A DNA stretch of 64,000 nt. It comes from Thalia democratica. Taxonomy: Eukaryota. Under the pieces are notes generated by a model. It ran no database searches. It saw only the letters and a program-made list of their open reading frames with translations, and was not told the DNA's origin. Location: contig OZ241828.1 in NCBI GenBank assembly GCA_965202585.1, positions 56,544,001 to 56,608,000 on the forward strand, read 5' to 3'. The position numbers and the translations under genes are program-made. Below, piece by piece: positions 61,601-64,000 of this stretch (the first letter of the stretch is position 1; the number at the start of each line of letters is the position of its first letter).

Positions 61601-63450
61601 AAAAGCATCTATTAATCATGCTTTTTAAGTTTCATAATCTGTAAAGTATTTTTGAAAAATTTTTTTGAAATGTTATTTATATAATAATTCAACCTAATTA
61701 TGCTGATAATATCATTGTTGTACAAATATTCTCACCTTTTCGTCTAACTTAGACTCTGACCTTCAATCGCTTTTCTTGCGTACTTCGAAGTTCATGAAAC
61801 TTGTTTTGGTTTTAGATCATCAAAACGACAAAAAATATAAGTTTGTATAAAAAGAAATACACGACTACATTTCAATTAAAAAAATAACGTTGTAAAATGT
61901 AATGACTGAAAAGTTCTCGAACAAGTCGTCTTATATTAATCGTCGTATGTTATGAACTATTATTTAGGTTTCAAAAAACGATTTTTGCATTTAAAACAAC
62001 GTCATTTTAAACGTTTTTTTTTAATTTAGTTAATCAAGTTAATATTTTTTAATTAAACAAAATTTATTATATCTTTTGAAAAATAAAATGCTACTTTAAT
62101 TTTAGAAGTTTATACATTTCGCATTGTTATGTGTTTCCTATTATTTTAACTTTCGTTTTTTAAAAAGCAAATAAGTTGTTAAAAAAAATCTACATTTTAT
62201 CTTAACTTATGAATATTTATACACGTTTTATTTTCGAAAATCAGTATATCTTTTTTTTGTATTTTAAACTTTTTTATAACATAAATGTGCTGGTATGATT
62301 TGTACGTCTAATAGTTTTAAAACAATACTTTATTTACTTCATAGAAAACACTTGGTAAATTGTTTTAGTTGTTTTGAAAATATTAAAAATATATAAACTA
62401 GTTGGAAAATAAATGCTTAAAACAATAGTTACAGTAAATAAATAAGATACTAGTAAGAACAAAAAAAAATATAGTATTCAGTAATTGAACTAGTTTATTG
62501 CTTTTAATATTGCAGCGATTCTTACTTAGTCTACTTTAATTTTGGTCAAAAAAAATTTATATGTTCAGAGTTTTAAAATTTTAATTAAGTCTCGATTATA
62601 GAAAAAACTCTAAATATTTCTTAGTTGTGACAAAAAAAAACTCTGCAAAAAAAAAAAACTCACTTCAATCAGTTAGCTTTAAATACCACAAATTTTTTTA
62701 GAACATTTATAATTTATAACACATACGCATATTTCATACGTTAGCTTCAGTTTTTACGCTGAAAAACATCAAAGACCTCTGAAATATCATAATTGAAGAT
62801 GAAAAGCTTCACTGCAGTAAGCTACTTAAGCGCTTGAGTTTATCACAAACATTACAAACTGCTCGGCTTACCGCAATCAGGGTTTGCGAGGGTTTAAAAT
62901 TTCAAAGTTAATTTAGAGTAGATAAATTAATAAAACGGTTATTCGAGCATGACGTTAAACGGAAATTTTTAATGATAATAGTAATATTATATAAGTCAAA
63001 TCATAATTGTAACATAATTTTATAAAGAAGTTTATTGACTGATGAGAAAATTTTATTTTGAAAATTTGATTAGTCGTCAAATAAAAACTTTGCAAAACTT
63101 GATTACTACACAGCTTTTAAGTTGAAATCAATCTTAATTATGCAAACCGTAATAAGGTAGCTCATAGATAATTAAACCATGGTTTTGTTTATTAACCTAA
63201 ATATAAGTGTTGGACTTAGTTTTAGCAGCTTCCTACATAAAACTTATAGTTGTTTATTAAAAAATTAAACCATTCGTCATCTTAATGTTTTTCTACTGGT
63301 AAATCCCTAATTTAAAGAAGATAATAATGCTGGATATAAAGATTAATAAAATAACAAAATTTTGCATATGTTTTTATTTTTAAGTTTTAAAATATCTAAG
63401 TTGTTATTAACGAAAAAAAATTAACTTTTTCTCTTTGTAACTCAAAGTTT
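55628..63450 (-). pseudogene. Inverted, decayed partial duplicate of the fasciclin gene 5' region (upstream DNA, exon 1 remnant, intron 1, part of exon 2)
   Basis: Reverse-complement matches: 62650-63450 to ~38150-38960; 61720-61800 to the exon 1 3' end and donor (aaaag/gtgagaat) with a 20-nt deletion between aagcga repeats; 56050-61700 to intron 1 (40400-46085); 55628-55739 to 46103-46214, followed by a TGA soon after. Confidence 0.85.
56778..57182. mobile_element. 405-bp MITE with 9-bp TSD (Mutator-like signature)
   Basis: TSD aatttgtaa (56769-56777, 57183-57191); imperfect TIRs gggaacgggtcaaatatgcacga / tcgtgcattttagatacccaccc. Paralogous empty sites near 44925 and 63820 carry one aatttgtaa. 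Confidence 0.85.
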
Positions 63451-63487
63451 TACACTTTCAAAAGTTCTTTAAAAGATTAACTCATCA

Positions 63488-63900
63488 AAATTATTTATAA
63501 GGAATTTTGTATAGCAGTAAAATGTTTAATGACTAACATGTCAAATATCTAAATATATTTTATCAATATAAAAAATATCCAAAACATCTAACTTTGTATT
63601 GCAGTAATACCATTGTTAATAGTTTTGTTTTTAAACAGGCTATATTCAAAATGTTTTAAGTTTTAGTTTATACTTAAAGTAGCTATAGATATTTTTAGTT
63701 TTATATTTTGAATATTCAATGTTTTATGTGTTCCAAATTGTTTATGTGAACCAAATAAAAAAGCTTATGCATTAACAAAAGTATATGTTACAACTTAAAC
63801 AATTCTAAACATATACGATAATTTGTAAAGAAAAACAGAACTAACTTCTTAATTTTATACTACTATATGCATAAACATCATTAAAACTCGATTAAGTTTC
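63488..63900 (-). repeat. Third copy of part of fasciclin intron 1
   Basis: Direct match to 56455-56777 plus 57192-57230 without the MITE (taaggaatt...gactaacatg..aaatatctaaat...gcataaacatcattaaa). Confidence 0.8.
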
Positions 63901-64000
63901 TACTGTATATTAATAAAATATGTTTCAGATATAAAAAACTCTGCTGTATTCAGTTACAAAACTAAGAAAAATATCCTGTAGGCAGTATGTCTTAAAATTA

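Noticed and set aside
63035-63090. ctgatgag...gaaa...gtc hammerhead-like string
   Set aside because: Stem II is not closed, stem I would consume the core C, and the paralogous site near 38560 does not keep the pattern.

Overview
Very AT-rich eukaryotic DNA, probably from an invertebrate animal; the species cannot be identified from sequence alone. I could assemble three protein-coding genes by hand from in-frame GT-AG exons. (1) A 5'-truncated single-pass membrane kinase (12 exons, 1628-10058, +) with an eIF2-alpha-kinase-like domain, HAD in place of HRD, and a possible C-type-lectin-like ectodomain. (2) An intronless secreted protein with two S1 protease domains, one active and one dead (28941-30530, +). 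(3) A 13-exon TGFBI/periostin-like fasciclin gene (39993-52145, +, 787 aa) with a long Lys/Arg-rich insert. A frameshifted kelch exon lies at 15218-16030 (-). The region 16-33 kb is a stack of transposon remains: a Gypsy pol fragment, a Penelope-like RT split by a 6.1 kb hAT, and a long-TIR DNA transposon nested inside that hAT. An inverted, decayed copy of about 8 kb of the fasciclin 5' region occupies 55.6-63.5 kb. The most striking signal is a set of hammerhead ribozyme motifs. A complete type I hammerhead is present twice, as a perfect 130-bp inverted repeat in fasciclin intron 1. Comparing it with a relative at 53.6 kb shows circular permutation of a roughly 350-nt unit, as expected for a retrozyme-like circular or multimeric RNA. 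I recognised no rRNA, tRNA or CRISPR array. All alignments and identities were done by eye.
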